Positions 43,661 through 55,570 of a stretch of 64,000 nucleotides of DNA are shown here, piece by piece. This DNA is from Gemmatimonadales bacterium (lineage in GTDB: Bacteria > Gemmatimonadota > Gemmatimonadetes > Gemmatimonadales > GWC2-71-9). How positions within the stretch are numbered: position 1 is the stretch's first letter; each line of letters begins with the position of its first letter. The position numbers and the translations under genes were made by a program. The DNA lies in assembly GCA_037189525.1 (NCBI GenBank), contig JBBCJC010000003.1, positions 416,001-480,000 of the forward strand. The letters are read 5' to 3'. The notes under the pieces were generated by a model that saw nothing but the letters and a program-made list of their open reading frames with translations, was not told the origin of the DNA and did not search any database.

Positions 43661-46081
43661 ATGCGCAACCACTTCCGTCTGGCCTGGCGGGTCATTCGCC
43701 GCCGGCCCGTGCTGTCACTGGTCATTGCCCTGACCATCGGCGGCGCGCTCGCGGCCACCACGGTGGCCTTTGCGGTCGTCAACGGCGTTTTGCTGCAGCC
43801 TCTCCCGTACAAAGAACCCGACCGGCTGGTGGCGATCTGGGAGCGATCGCTGGTCCGGGATGCGCCTCGCAACGTCGTTTCTCCGGCCAATTACATGACC
43901 TGGTCGGAGGAACTTCGCTCGGTCACCCAGCTGACGTCGCTGATCGTGACGAGCGGAGCGCTCTCGGGCGACGGGGAGCCGGAGCAGGTGGGTGTGGTGA
44001 TCTCCGGCGGCAACTACTTCGATCTCGTCGGGGCGGTGCCGCTGGTCGGACGGCTCTACGGGCCAGCCGACGACGTGGCCGGGGCACCCAACGTCGTGGT
44101 GCTGGCCGAGGGGCTCTGGCGGAAGCGATTCGGCGCCGACCCGGCGATCGTCGGGAAGACGATTCAGTTCAACGGCAACTCGAACACGGTCATCGGCGTC
44201 CTGCCGGCGTCGTTCGACTATAAGCCACGGTACGAGTTTGCGGGGATTGGCAGCCGCGATCTGTGGACGCCCCAGCGCTTCGGTGAACAGGCCCGGAACG
44301 CGGGCGGCCGATATCTCCAGGTCATCGGGCGCCTGACACCCGGCGCCACGGTCGAGTCGCTGCGGCGAGAGGCATCCGCGCTCGCTGCGGATTTGCGGAC
44401 CCGTTTTCCCGAGCGTCAGGCGGGCTGGGACGTCACGGTTGCGAGCCTGCACGACGAGCAGGTGGGCGACGTGCGCACCCCCGTCTGGATCGTCTTCGGC
44501 GCCGTCAGCTTCGTCCTGCTGATCGCGTGCGCCAATGTCACCAACTTGCTGCTTGGCCGCGCCGCCGAACGGCAACAGGAGATGGCGGTGCGGTCGGCGT
44601 TGGGCGGGAGCCGAGCCGACCTCTTCCGGCAGATGCTCAGTGAGAGTGGCGTGCTCGTGGCCGCAGGGGCCGTGGTTGGTCTGGTGCTGGCCTCATGGGG
44701 GATCAGCGCCCTGGTCGCGTCCGCTCCGGACCTTCCGCGGCTCGAGGCAGTTCAGCTCGACGGGTGGGTGATCGGTTTCGGACTCGGCATGGCGGCGCTC
44801 ATCGCCATCCTGGTGGGATTGGCGCCTGCGATGGAGCTTTCGGGTAGTGGTTCGGCGCGCTGGCTCACCCAGCGGGGTGATGTGACGGGGCGTCGTAAGG
44901 CGCGCACCATGCGGAACATGCTGGTTGCCGTGCAGGTCGCCCTCTCGTTCACGTTGCTGGTTGGCGCGGGCCTCCTGCTCAAGAGCCTGGCCAACCGGCT
45001 CAACGTCCGGCTTGGTCTCGACGCTGCCGATCTCGTCACCGGTCAGATCACGTTGCCCGGTTCACGGTATGAAACTGTCGAGTCGCGCGAGCTCTTTTAC
45101 GAGCAGCTCGCCGATCGGCTCCGTACCATTCCGGGCGTCGAAAGCGCGAGTCTCGCCAGCATCATCCCGATGAGCGGCGACGGCCAGGCCACGGGTATTC
45201 GCGTCGTCGGCGCCCCGCCGCCCGAGCCCGGCCAGGAGCCGGTGGCCCATGTCCGCTTCGTGCACCATGCCTATCACGAAACCATGCGGATTCCGCTTCT
45301 GGCCGGTGAGTATCTCGACGGGCGTGACCGGCGGGGGGCGCCGGCCCGGGTGCTGATCAACGAAACCGGCGCACAGAAGTTCTGGCCCGGCGAATCGGCC
45401 ATCGGGAAGCGGATCGAGATGGCCTGGTTCGATTCGCTCTTCGCCGAGGTCGCGGGCGTCGTCGCGGATGTGCGGTTGAACGCGCCCGATGAACCGGAGA
45501 CCGGTGTAACGCTCTATTGGGATTATCGCCAGGTGGGCGTACCCGCCCGCATGGTAGCGGTTGCCCGGACCCGGCTGGGCGAAACTGTCGTTCCGTCGAT
45601 GCGTGCGGAGGTCGGCCAACTCGACCCAGCGATACCGCTCTTCAATGTGCGCACCATGGAGACGCTGCTGGGCAAGGCTGTGGCGCGATCGCGGTTTACC
45701 GCCGTGGCGCTCGCGATGTTTGCCGGTCTGGCGCTCGCGCTTGCCGCGCTAGGCGTCTACGGGGTCATGGCGTACGCTACCCAGCTACGTACCCGCGAGA
45801 TCGGAGTCCGGCTCGCGCTCGGTGCGGATCGGACGCGCGTGGTCCGCATGGTGGTGGGGGAAGGAGCCCGGGTCGTCTTGCCGGCGTTGATAGCGGGCGG
45901 GCTTGGCGCCCTGGTGCTCAGCCGGTTCCTGCGCTCATTGGTATTCGGGGTGTCGCCGACAGACCCGGTGACGCTTGCAGGCGTAGCGACGTTGCTCGGC
46001 CTGATTGCGCTCGGCGCCTGCTGGATCCCGGCGCGGCGGGCCGGCGCCATCGATCCCGTGGAGGCCATCCGGAACGAGTAG
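43661..46081 (+). CDS. Duplicated MacB/FtsX-like ABC permease (ADOP-type)
   Basis: Two MacB_PCD plus FtsX halves: LLIACANVTNLLL..R..E.AVR.ALG, and GVYGVMAY...REIGVRLALGA...PARRAGAIDP. Confidence 0.9.
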   Translation: MRNHFRLAWRVIRRRPVLSLVIALTIGGALAATTVAFAVVNGVLLQPLPYKEPDRLVAIWERSLVRDAPRNVVSPANYMTWSEELRSVTQLTSLIVTSGALSGDGEPEQVGVVISGGNYFDLVGAVPLVGRLYGPADDVAGAPNVVVLAEGLWRKRFGADPAIVGKTIQFNGNSNTVIGVLPASFDYKPRYEFAGIGSRDLWTPQRFGEQARNAGGRYLQVIGRLTPGATVESLRREASALAADLRTRFPERQAGWDVTVASLHDEQVGDVRTPVWIVFGAVSFVLLIACANVTNLLLGRAAERQQEMAVRSALGGSRADLFRQMLSESGVLVAAGAVVGLVLASWGISALVASAPDLPRLEAVQLDGWVIGFGLGMAALIAILVGLAPAMELSGSGSARWLTQRGDVTGRRKARTMRNMLVAVQVALSFTLLVGAGLLLKSLANRLNVRLGLDAADLVTGQITLPGSRYETVESRELFYEQLADRLRTIPGVESASLASIIPMSGDGQATGIRVVGAPPPEPGQEPVAHVRFVHHAYHETMRIPLLAGEYLDGRDRRGAPARVLINETGAQKFWPGESAIGKRIEMAWFDSLFAEVAGVVADVRLNAPDEPETGVTLYWDYRQVGVPARMVAVARTRLGETVVPSMRAEVGQLDPAIPLFNVRTMETLLGKAVARSRFTAVALAMFAGLALALAALGVYGVMAYATQLRTREIGVRLALGADRTRVVRMVVGEGARVVLPALIAGGLGALVLSRFLRSLVFGVSPTDPVTLAGVATLLGLIALGACWIPARRAGAIDPVEAIRNE

Positions 46082-46104
46082 GCTCGGCGCCGGTGTCTCG
46101 ATGG

Positions 46105-46305
46105 TTACTGTGCTGGCGCAATATCGCCGAATTGGCGGACCTTGACGTCCCCTTCGGGGAATCGGGCAATGATGTCCAACGAACCGCCCATTCCCTCCAT
46201 GTCCTGCAGCGACATCTCCGCGAGCATCTCGCGGGCACAGGCGTGTGCGCGGTCACGGCTTTCCCGAGGCATATTGGCCCGGAGGCTGTTGAACTTCTTA
46301 GCCAT
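46105..46305 (-). pseudogene. Internally deleted XRE/HTH antitoxin-like gene (HigA-type partner of Gp49/RelE-like toxins)
   Basis: Family-like N-terminus MAKKFNSLRANMPRES...EMSLQ joined directly to family-like C-terminus EGMGGSLDIIARFPEGDVKV with no HTH between; AGGAG RBS retained. Confidence 0.6.
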
Positions 46306-46363
46306 TGATCTCTCCTGTCATTCGCAGGTCTTCAATTGTCTGGGTGCCCGTTGATCGATGCCT

Positions 46364-46711
46364 TCAGCGCCCGAGCACGATATCGATGCCGTGGAGGATT
46401 TGCAGGAGGTGTTTCGGTCCCAACCGGGTTACCGGCTCGTCGAGAAAGCGACGATCGATCGTCGTGAGCTGTGACGCATTCGCGACGGAGTCCTTCGTCA
46501 GGCGCGTCACCTTGGCCGGGAGTAACGTGTTGCCCGGCGCGTCTGCCCAAGCGAGGTTGCTCGTGAGTGGGACGCACACAACGGTGGCGATGCGGCTCCG
46601 GTTGAGACTGTTGCCTTGGACGACGACAACGGGTCGGCGGAACCCGGGCCCGGACCCGGCGGGAGCGGGAAGGTCAGCCCACCAGATCTCCCCTTGGACA
46701 ATGCCTACCAT
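46364..46711 (-). CDS. mazF: MazF/PemK-family endoribonuclease toxin
   Basis: GEIWWADL...RRPVVVVQ...CVPLTSN...DSVANASQLTTID. Confidence 0.92.
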   Translation of the reverse strand: MVGIVQGEIWWADLPAPAGSGPGFRRPVVVVQGNSLNRSRIATVVCVPLTSNLAWADAPGNTLLPAKVTRLTKDSVANASQLTTIDRRFLDEPVTRLGPKHLLQILHGIDIVLGR

Positions 46712-46944
46712 TCCGTCCGCTCGAACGTGCGCCGAGCCGCTTCCGTGGAGAACGGATCGGGTTGCGGTTCACTCACGCGGTCGACGACCTGATTGATCGC
46801 TTCCGTGACCTCGTCGGGCGCATGACGGGTGAGATACTCGGCAAGCGCGTCCGCGTAGAGCTCGCTTCGCGATTTTCGGGTTCGCTTTGCATGGCGCTCG
46901 GCGGCCTGAAAGAGGCGGTCGGGCAGGGAAATAGCCGTTTTCAT
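46705..46944 (-). CDS. Ribbon-helix-helix antitoxin paired with the MazF toxin
   Basis: MKTAISLPDRLF...SRSELYADAL; ends in W; overlaps toxin start by 7 nt. Confidence 0.85.
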   Translation of the reverse strand: MKTAISLPDRLFQAAERHAKRTRKSRSELYADALAEYLTRHAPDEVTEAINQVVDRVSEPQPDPFSTEAARRTFERTEW

Positions 46945-46960
46945 ACCGGAAGTATAACTT
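46941..46960 (-). promoter_or_regulatory. TA promoter -10 (TATACT) within an inverted repeat, putative autoregulatory operator
   Basis: TCATAC-cggaa-GTATAA (one mismatch) overlapping the start codon; -10 lies 6 nt before ATG. Confidence 0.6.
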
Positions 46961-47078
46961 CGTCTTTCCGTGGACGCCACCGATCATCAAATGCATCAGA
47001 GTTGGCCCTGCACTTTTCGGTACCGGTCTGCGTTCGTTTGGTTATTGCCTCCCCTGCAGTTGTCCCCATCGTTGGGCC

Positions 47079-47489
47079 ATGCACGCGCCCAACATCGTCC
47101 GACCCGTCACCCAATGGCGTGACCCCCGCCATCGCCGAGGCCTCGCCGGCGAGCTGGCTGCCGCCCGGTATCTCGAGGCTCGCGGCTGGCTCATCGAAGC
47201 CCATCGCTTCCGCTTTGGCCACTCCGACCTCGACCTGATAGCCCGCAAAGGCGGCCTGGTTGCCTTCGTGGAGGTCAAAACCCGGCAGTCCGATCTATTC
47301 GGCGGGGGCCTCAACGCGGTGGGATGGCGGAAACGCCAGACGATCGCCGTCGGGGCGACGATCTGGATGTCCCGATTCGGTCTGCCCGGAGATTTGTTTC
47401 GCTTCGATCTAATAGTGGTGGACCTCTCGATGGGAGGTTTTCCACAAATCACCCACATCGAGGACGCATGGAGGCATGTGGAAAAGTGA
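47079..47489 (+). CDS. yraN: YraN family (UPF0102) putative endonuclease
   Basis: GLAGELAAARYL, DLDLIAR, FVEVKTR, RFDLIVV. Confidence 0.88.
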   Translation: MHAPNIVRPVTQWRDPRHRRGLAGELAAARYLEARGWLIEAHRFRFGHSDLDLIARKGGLVAFVEVKTRQSDLFGGGLNAVGWRKRQTIAVGATIWMSRFGLPGDLFRFDLIVVDLSMGGFPQITHIEDAWRHVEK

Positions 47490-47634
47490 AAAAATGCCCC
47501 CTTGTTTCGGATAATCTTCGGACTTACATTGAATGGAGTAATGTTGTGGAGTGTATTGCTCCACAAAAACACTTGGCTGATTTTGAGCCTATGGCCATCA
47601 TCGTTTCACGTCTCATTTGGGGAGTCTGCTGATC

Positions 47635-48690
47635 ATGCCACCCGTCGACGAAGTCCGGCAGGACGCCGAGCGTAAAAAGGCGCTCAATCTCGCCATTGCC
47701 CAGATCGAAAAGCAGCTGGGCAAGGGCTCCATCATGCGGATGGGTACCGACGCGCCGCGTGAGAAGATCGGGGTGATCTCGACCGGGGCCGTCAATCTGG
47801 ACGCGGCCGTCGGGGTGGGCGGGGTGCCGAAGGGGCGGATCACCGAGATCTACGGACCGGAGTCGTCCGGTAAGACCACTCTCTGTCTCCATCTGGTGGC
47901 CAACGTTCAGCGGAGTGGTGGCGTGGCGGCCTATGTCGACGCCGAGCATGCGCTGGATGTCGAGTATGCCCGGAAGCTGGGGGTCGACGTCGACGCGCTG
48001 CTGGTGTCGCAGCCGGATACGGGGGAGCAGGCCCTGGAAATCGTCGAGATCCTGGTGCGTTCCGGTGCGGTCGATCTGATCGTGATCGACTCGGTGGCGG
48101 CGCTGGTGCCCAAGGCCGAAATCGAAGGTGAGATGGGCGACAGTCACGTCGGTCTGCAGGCCCGTCTGATGAGCCAGGCGCTCCGCAAGCTGGCCGGCGC
48201 CATCAACCGATCGAACGCTGCGGTGGTCTTCATCAACCAGCTGCGCGAAAAGATCGGCGTCATGTTCGGCAACCCGGAAACGACCACGGGCGGCAAGGCG
48301 CTCAAGTTTTACGCGTCGCTCCGGCTCGACATCCGGCGGATCGGGCCGGTCAAGGAGCGCGAGAACGTCATCGGCAACCGGGTCCGGGTCAAGATTGTCA
48401 AGAACAAGGTGGCGCCGCCGTTCAAGCAGGCGGAGTTCGACGTCCTGTTCGACGAGGGCATCAGCCATAACGGTCTCCTGGTCGATCTCGCGTCGGAGGC
48501 CAACATCATTCAGAAGTCCGGCGCCTGGTACTCCTATGGCGACCAGCGGATCGGGCAGGGTCGTGAGAACGCCAAGCTCTTCCTCAAGGACAATCCGGCC
48601 TTGCAGGTCGAGGTGGAGCAGAAGGTCAAAGAATGGCTGGGCGTGAAGACCGGTCCGGAACTCGAGGCGGATGACGACGACGACGAGTAA
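47635..48690 (+). CDS. recA: Recombinase A
   Basis: [64 protein letters not shown]. Confidence 0.99.
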   Translation: MPPVDEVRQDAERKKALNLAIAQIEKQLGKGSIMRMGTDAPREKIGVISTGAVNLDAAVGVGGVPKGRITEIYGPESSGKTTLCLHLVANVQRSGGVAAYVDAEHALDVEYARKLGVDVDALLVSQPDTGEQALEIVEILVRSGAVDLIVIDSVAALVPKAEIEGEMGDSHVGLQARLMSQALRKLAGAINRSNAAVVFINQLREKIGVMFGNPETTTGGKALKFYASLRLDIRRIGPVKERENVIGNRVRVKIVKNKVAPPFKQAEFDVLFDEGISHNGLLVDLASEANIIQKSGAWYSYGDQRIGQGRENAKLFLKDNPALQVEVEQKVKEWLGVKTGPELEADDDDDE

Positions 48691-49312
48691 AACGATCGAG
48701 GCCATCGAGCCCGATCGCCGGCAGAAGGGGGTCGTCCGGATCGTCATCGACGGGCGGACGGTCCTCTCGCTGCCGGACGATCTGGTGCGTCGGGAGCAGC
48801 TGGTCGTTGGCAGTGAACTGACCCCCGAGCGTCTGACCCGTCTGATCGGGGCGGACGATCGCGAGGCGGCCTATCGGACGGCGCTCAGGGCCCTGGAGCG
48901 GCGTCCGTTTGCCAAGCGAGACCTCCACCGCCGTCTGGTGCTCAAGGGGCATCTTCCCGACCTGGCAGCGGCGGCGGTCGAGCGCGCCGAAGCGGCGGGT
49001 TATCTGGACGACGCCAAGTACGCCCAGATGTATGTCGCCAGCCGGTCGGCGCGGGGACGGGGGGCGACCCGACTCCGTCGGGAGCTGGCCCAGTTGGGCG
49101 TGGCTCGCGAACTGGTCGACGCGGCTCTGGCCGAGCAGTCGGTCAGCAATCCGTCGGCGGAGCGGGACCAGATCGAGGCGATCATTGCCCGCAAACGGCC
49201 TCAGCTCGAAGGGCTGCCGCCGTACCAGGCCCGCCGCCGGCTGCTCGCCGTGCTGGCTCGGCGCGGCTATACCGGGTCGCTGGTCCGGGACCTGGTTCGC
49301 CGAATCTGCTAG
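48671..49312 (+). CDS. recX: RecA regulator RecX
   Basis: [36 protein letters not shown]; follows recA. Confidence 0.9.
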   Translation: MTTTTSKTIEAIEPDRRQKGVVRIVIDGRTVLSLPDDLVRREQLVVGSELTPERLTRLIGADDREAAYRTALRALERRPFAKRDLHRRLVLKGHLPDLAAAAVERAEAAGYLDDAKYAQMYVASRSARGRGATRLRRELAQLGVARELVDAALAEQSVSNPSAERDQIEAIIARKRPQLEGLPPYQARRRLLAVLARRGYTGSLVRDLVRRIC

Positions 49313-49357
49313 GGAACCGACTGCCGTCCGGTGTCGCCCTCCCCATATATTGCGGGT

Positions 49358-51969
<2,612 letters not shown>

Positions 51970-51985
<16 letters not shown>

Positions 51986-52278
51986 GCCAGGCCTGGCTGG
52001 ATGCTCAGCTGGCAGGAGCCCCCGACGAACTGGTGGCTCGAACCCGGGAGTTCATTCGGCGTGAGGGAGGCGTCGTCTCTGCCGACGTGCTGGCGCGTGC
52101 GGGACGTGCCGCGCTGGCCACGGCGGTTGCCGAGTCGCCCGATCGGACGGCGGCGCTGGACCTGCTGGCGGCCGATGCGCTGGTGACACTCGCGCTCGCT
52201 GCGCATGCGGAGGCCGACCCTGAAACGCTCCGGGCTTTTGCGGCCCGCGTGCGGCGGGAGGGTGAGGGGGCGGCGTGA
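51970..52278 (+). CDS. Small Ala-rich hypothetical protein
   Basis: Fills the gap between alaS and the phosphatase with overlaps at both ends; ALDLLAADALVTLA helix. Confidence 0.6.
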
Positions 52279-53036
52279 TCGATCTGCACTGCCACCTCCT
52301 GCCCGGCGTCGACGACGGATCGCGGTCGGTTGCGCAGTCGGTCGAGGTGCTCACCCGCATGGTGGCCGGCGGCGTGACCGATATCGTCCTCACCCCTCAC
52401 CTCGAAGCGAGCCGGGTGCTGGAGGGGCCGCCTCCGTCGCATGACGAAGCGTTTGCTGCGCTGACCAAGGCGGCTCCACCCGGGGTCAGGCTGCACCGGG
52501 GCGCCGAGGTGATGCTGGACCGGGCGTTGACATCCCGCGCGGTCGAAACCCGCCGGATCACGCTGGCAGGGAGCCGGTACGTGCTGGTCGAGTTTACCGG
52601 GATGGTCGCCGCGCGGGCGGCGTCGAGTGCCTTGGAGCAGGTGGTCAAGGGAGGCCTGGTTCCGCTGCTGGCGCATCCGGAGCGCTATGCCGCCTGTTCG
52701 GTCTCGATGGTGACCCACTGGCGGGCGCTCGGCGCGCGGATCCAGGTCGATGCCAACACGGTGTTTCGACCCTCGGGACGCGGGCGCCGGGCCCGTGCGC
52801 TGCTGGCGGCCGGCCTGGTCGATGTGCTGGCGGCGGACAATCACGGCGATTCGCGTTCTCTGGTCGAGCCGTTCCGACAGCTCGAGGCGGCCGGGGCCGA
52901 CGAGGTGGCGAGACTGACGATGATGAGCAATCCCGAGGCCGTGTTGCGCGATGTCCTGATGGCCGAGCCGGCGACCGTGGAGGTCAAGCTGCCGCTGTTC
53001 GATAGAATGCGAGGCTGGTTCGGAGGATCCGAATGA
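52275..53036 (+). CDS. CpsB/CapC-family PHP tyrosine-protein phosphatase
   Basis: MIDLHCHLLPGVDDGS, TPH, GAEV, LVEF, AHPERY, DNHG. Confidence 0.9.
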   Translation: MIDLHCHLLPGVDDGSRSVAQSVEVLTRMVAGGVTDIVLTPHLEASRVLEGPPPSHDEAFAALTKAAPPGVRLHRGAEVMLDRALTSRAVETRRITLAGSRYVLVEFTGMVAARAASSALEQVVKGGLVPLLAHPERYAACSVSMVTHWRALGARIQVDANTVFRPSGRGRRARALLAAGLVDVLAADNHGDSRSLVEPFRQLEAAGADEVARLTMMSNPEAVLRDVLMAEPATVEVKLPLFDRMRGWFGGSE

Positions 53037-53596
53037 GTCTGATCGAGGCCGGCCTTCGGGATCTCGCGGCATTGGCGCGCCTGCTTTCTACGCAGGCCGA
53101 CCGGATCGAGCGGTTGGCGCGCCGATATGCCGACACGTTGCGGAGCGGCGGAACGATTTTTTTCGCCGGGAACGGCGGCAGCGCAGCTGATGCGCAGCAT
53201 GTGGCGACCGAATACGTGGTACGCTTCGCGCGCGATCGGCGTGCGCTGCGGGCTATTGCGCTGACGACCGATACCTCGCTGCTCACGGCCGCGGGCAATG
53301 ATCTCGGTTTCGAACGGGTCTTTGCCCGCCAGGTCGAGGCGTTGGCGCGCCCGGGCGATCTCCTGGTGCTGCACAGCACGAGCGGCCGGAGCATCAACCT
53401 GCTGGCGGCCGCCGAGGCAGCCCGTGCGGTTGGTGTGCAGACGGTGGCGCTGCTGGGCCGGGACGGGGGAGAACTGGCGTCGGTCGTGGACGACAGCCTG
53501 ATCGTGCCGTCCGAGGAAACGAGTCGAATTCAAGAGCTGCATCTGGCGATCGAACACTTGATCGTCGAATGGGTGGAGCAGGAGCTGATTGGATGA
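53033..53596 (+). CDS. gmhA: Phosphoheptose isomerase (SIS domain)
   Basis: GNGGSAADAQH, LTTDTS..TA.GND, STSGRS, RIQELH. Confidence 0.9.
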   Translation: MSLIEAGLRDLAALARLLSTQADRIERLARRYADTLRSGGTIFFAGNGGSAADAQHVATEYVVRFARDRRALRAIALTTDTSLLTAAGNDLGFERVFARQVEALARPGDLLVLHSTSGRSINLLAAAEAARAVGVQTVALLGRDGGELASVVDDSLIVPSEETSRIQELHLAIEHLIVEWVEQELIG

Positions 53597-54345
53597 TTTC
53601 GCTGGCAGGCAAGGCAGTACTGATTACGGGTGGCTCGCGGGGCATCGGGCGCGCAGCGGCGCTGATGGCCGCCGAGGCTGGTGCGGATGTCGGGATCACC
53701 TACCACCGTCGCGCGGCGGAGGCCGAGGCCGTGGCCAAGCAGGTGCGCAGCCTGGGGAGACGGGCTTTTGTCGGGGGTGGGGATCTGTCCGATCCGGCCA
53801 TCGTCGACCGGGTCTTTCGAGAACTCAAGGCTGCGTTCGGAGGGCTCGACGGGTTCGTGGCCAATGCGGGTGTCTGGCCGGCCGATGAAACGCCGATTGC
53901 CAAGATGGCGCACACCCGGTGGCGGGAGACGCTGGCGCAGAATCTCGATTCGGTCTTCCTGACCACGCGCGCGGCGCTCAACATGATGCGGCCGGGCGGT
54001 TCCGTCGTGATCGTCTCGAGTACGGCGGGGCAGCGGGGCGAGGCGTTTCATGGGGACTACGGCGCCTCCAAGGGTGCACTCATTTCTCTCACCAAATCTC
54101 TTTGTGTCGAGGTTGCTCCGCAGATTCGTGTCAATTGTGTCGCTCCGGGATGGGTCGATACGGAGATGAGCGCCGTGCCATATGCCGATGGCGGCAAGGC
54201 GCGCATCACCGAGACGATTCCCCTCAAGCGGATTCCTCCGGCCGAAGACATTGCCGGGCCGATCCTCTTTCTGCTGAGCGGCCTGTCGCGGCACATCACC
54301 GGCGAAGTCATCAACGTGAATGGTGGCAGCGTTCTCTGCGGATGA
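53593..54345 (+). CDS. SDR-family oxidoreductase (FabG-like)
   Basis: TGGSRGIG, NAG, YGASK, VNCVAPGWVDTEM, TGEVINVNGG. Confidence 0.9.
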   Translation: MISLAGKAVLITGGSRGIGRAAALMAAEAGADVGITYHRRAAEAEAVAKQVRSLGRRAFVGGGDLSDPAIVDRVFRELKAAFGGLDGFVANAGVWPADETPIAKMAHTRWRETLAQNLDSVFLTTRAALNMMRPGGSVVIVSSTAGQRGEAFHGDYGASKGALISLTKSLCVEVAPQIRVNCVAPGWVDTEMSAVPYADGGKARITETIPLKRIPPAEDIAGPILFLLSGLSRHITGEVINVNGGSVLCG

Positions 54346-54352
54346 CGGCGGC

Positions 54353-55570
54353 GTGACGCCCGGCCGGGAAGGGGCGGCCGAGGGCGCAGCGGCGTTCCGG
54401 CCGCGGCAGTTGACCCTGCCTGATGAGATCCTCGAGATAGCGGCCACTCTGGAACGGGCGGGGCACGAGACGTGGTGTGTGGGCGGCTCGGTGCGCGACG
54501 CCGTGATGGGCGGGCCGCGTGATGACATCGACCTGGCGACGGCGGCCACCCCGGATCAGGTGCTGGCCCTCTTTCCTCGGACGGTGCCGGTCGGGATCAA
54601 GTTCGGGACGGTTGGTGTGCTCGATCGCCAGCGCCAGCTGCACGAGGTGACGACCTTCCGGCGCGATGTCACGACCGACGGGCGCCATGCCGAGGTGGTC
54701 TTTGCAGCGACGATCGACGAGGACCTGGGCCGTCGCGATTTCACCATGAATGCGATTGCCTACCACCCGCTGCGGCACGAGTGGCGCGATCCGTATGGCG
54801 GGGCGGCCGACATCTCGGCGCGCGTCGTGCGGGCGGTGGGTGTGCCCAGCGAGCGGTTTCACGAAGACTACCTGCGGATTCTCCGGGCCCTGCGGTTCGC
54901 GGCCCGATTCGATTTTGCCATCGATGCCGTGACCTGGCAGGCGGCGCTCGCCGGGGTCGACGGCTTGCGACGACTTTCGGCGGAGCGGATTCGGGACGAG
55001 TGGTTCCGAACGTTGGAGACCGCCCGGTCGGTGCGCCGCGCGGTCGGCTTGTGGCGGGATGTCGGGGCGGCGGCGGTGTGTCTGCCTGGACTGCACGACG
55101 ACTATCCGCTGGCCGCGGACGACCCGTCACCGCGAGACCCGGTGTTGCTGACGACCTTACTGGTGCGGCAGGCGGGACGCCTTTTGGACCGGCTCAAGGC
55201 CTCGCGGGCCGAGATCGATCGAGCCTTGCGGATCGAGCGGGGGCCTGAGGAGCCGCACGATACGTCGCCGGTGCGGGTCCGGCGGTGGCTGGCACAGGTG
55301 GAGCCCGCGGCGGATGACCTGCTGGCCGCGCATCGGCTTCGTACCGGGACCGAGGCGCCGTGGGCTTCGGTGGTAACCGAGATTCGTGATCGCGGCGAAG
55401 CGACTTCCCGTGCGCAGCTTGCTGTGACCGGCGACGATCTCCGCTCGGCGGGCATCGCCCCCGGTCCTGATCTCGGCCGGATTCTCGGTCTTTTGATGGA
55501 CGAGGTGCTCGACGAGCCGGGACGCAATCAGCGGGATCGGCTCTTGGCCCGAGCGCTGGAGTTGCGATGA
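54353..55570 (+). CDS. cca: Class II tRNA nucleotidyltransferase (CCA-adding / poly(A) polymerase family)
   Basis: VGGSVRD, DIDLAT, FGTV, EVTTFR, DLGRRDFTMNA, EDYLRILRALRF; start approximate. Confidence 0.85.
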   Translation: MTPGREGAAEGAAAFRPRQLTLPDEILEIAATLERAGHETWCVGGSVRDAVMGGPRDDIDLATAATPDQVLALFPRTVPVGIKFGTVGVLDRQRQLHEVTTFRRDVTTDGRHAEVVFAATIDEDLGRRDFTMNAIAYHPLRHEWRDPYGGAADISARVVRAVGVPSERFHEDYLRILRALRFAARFDFAIDAVTWQAALAGVDGLRRLSAERIRDEWFRTLETARSVRRAVGLWRDVGAAAVCLPGLHDDYPLAADDPSPRDPVLLTTLLVRQAGRLLDRLKASRAEIDRALRIERGPEEPHDTSPVRVRRWLAQVEPAADDLLAAHRLRTGTEAPWASVVTEIRDRGEATSRAQLAVTGDDLRSAGIAPGPDLGRILGLLMDEVLDEPGRNQRDRLLARALELR

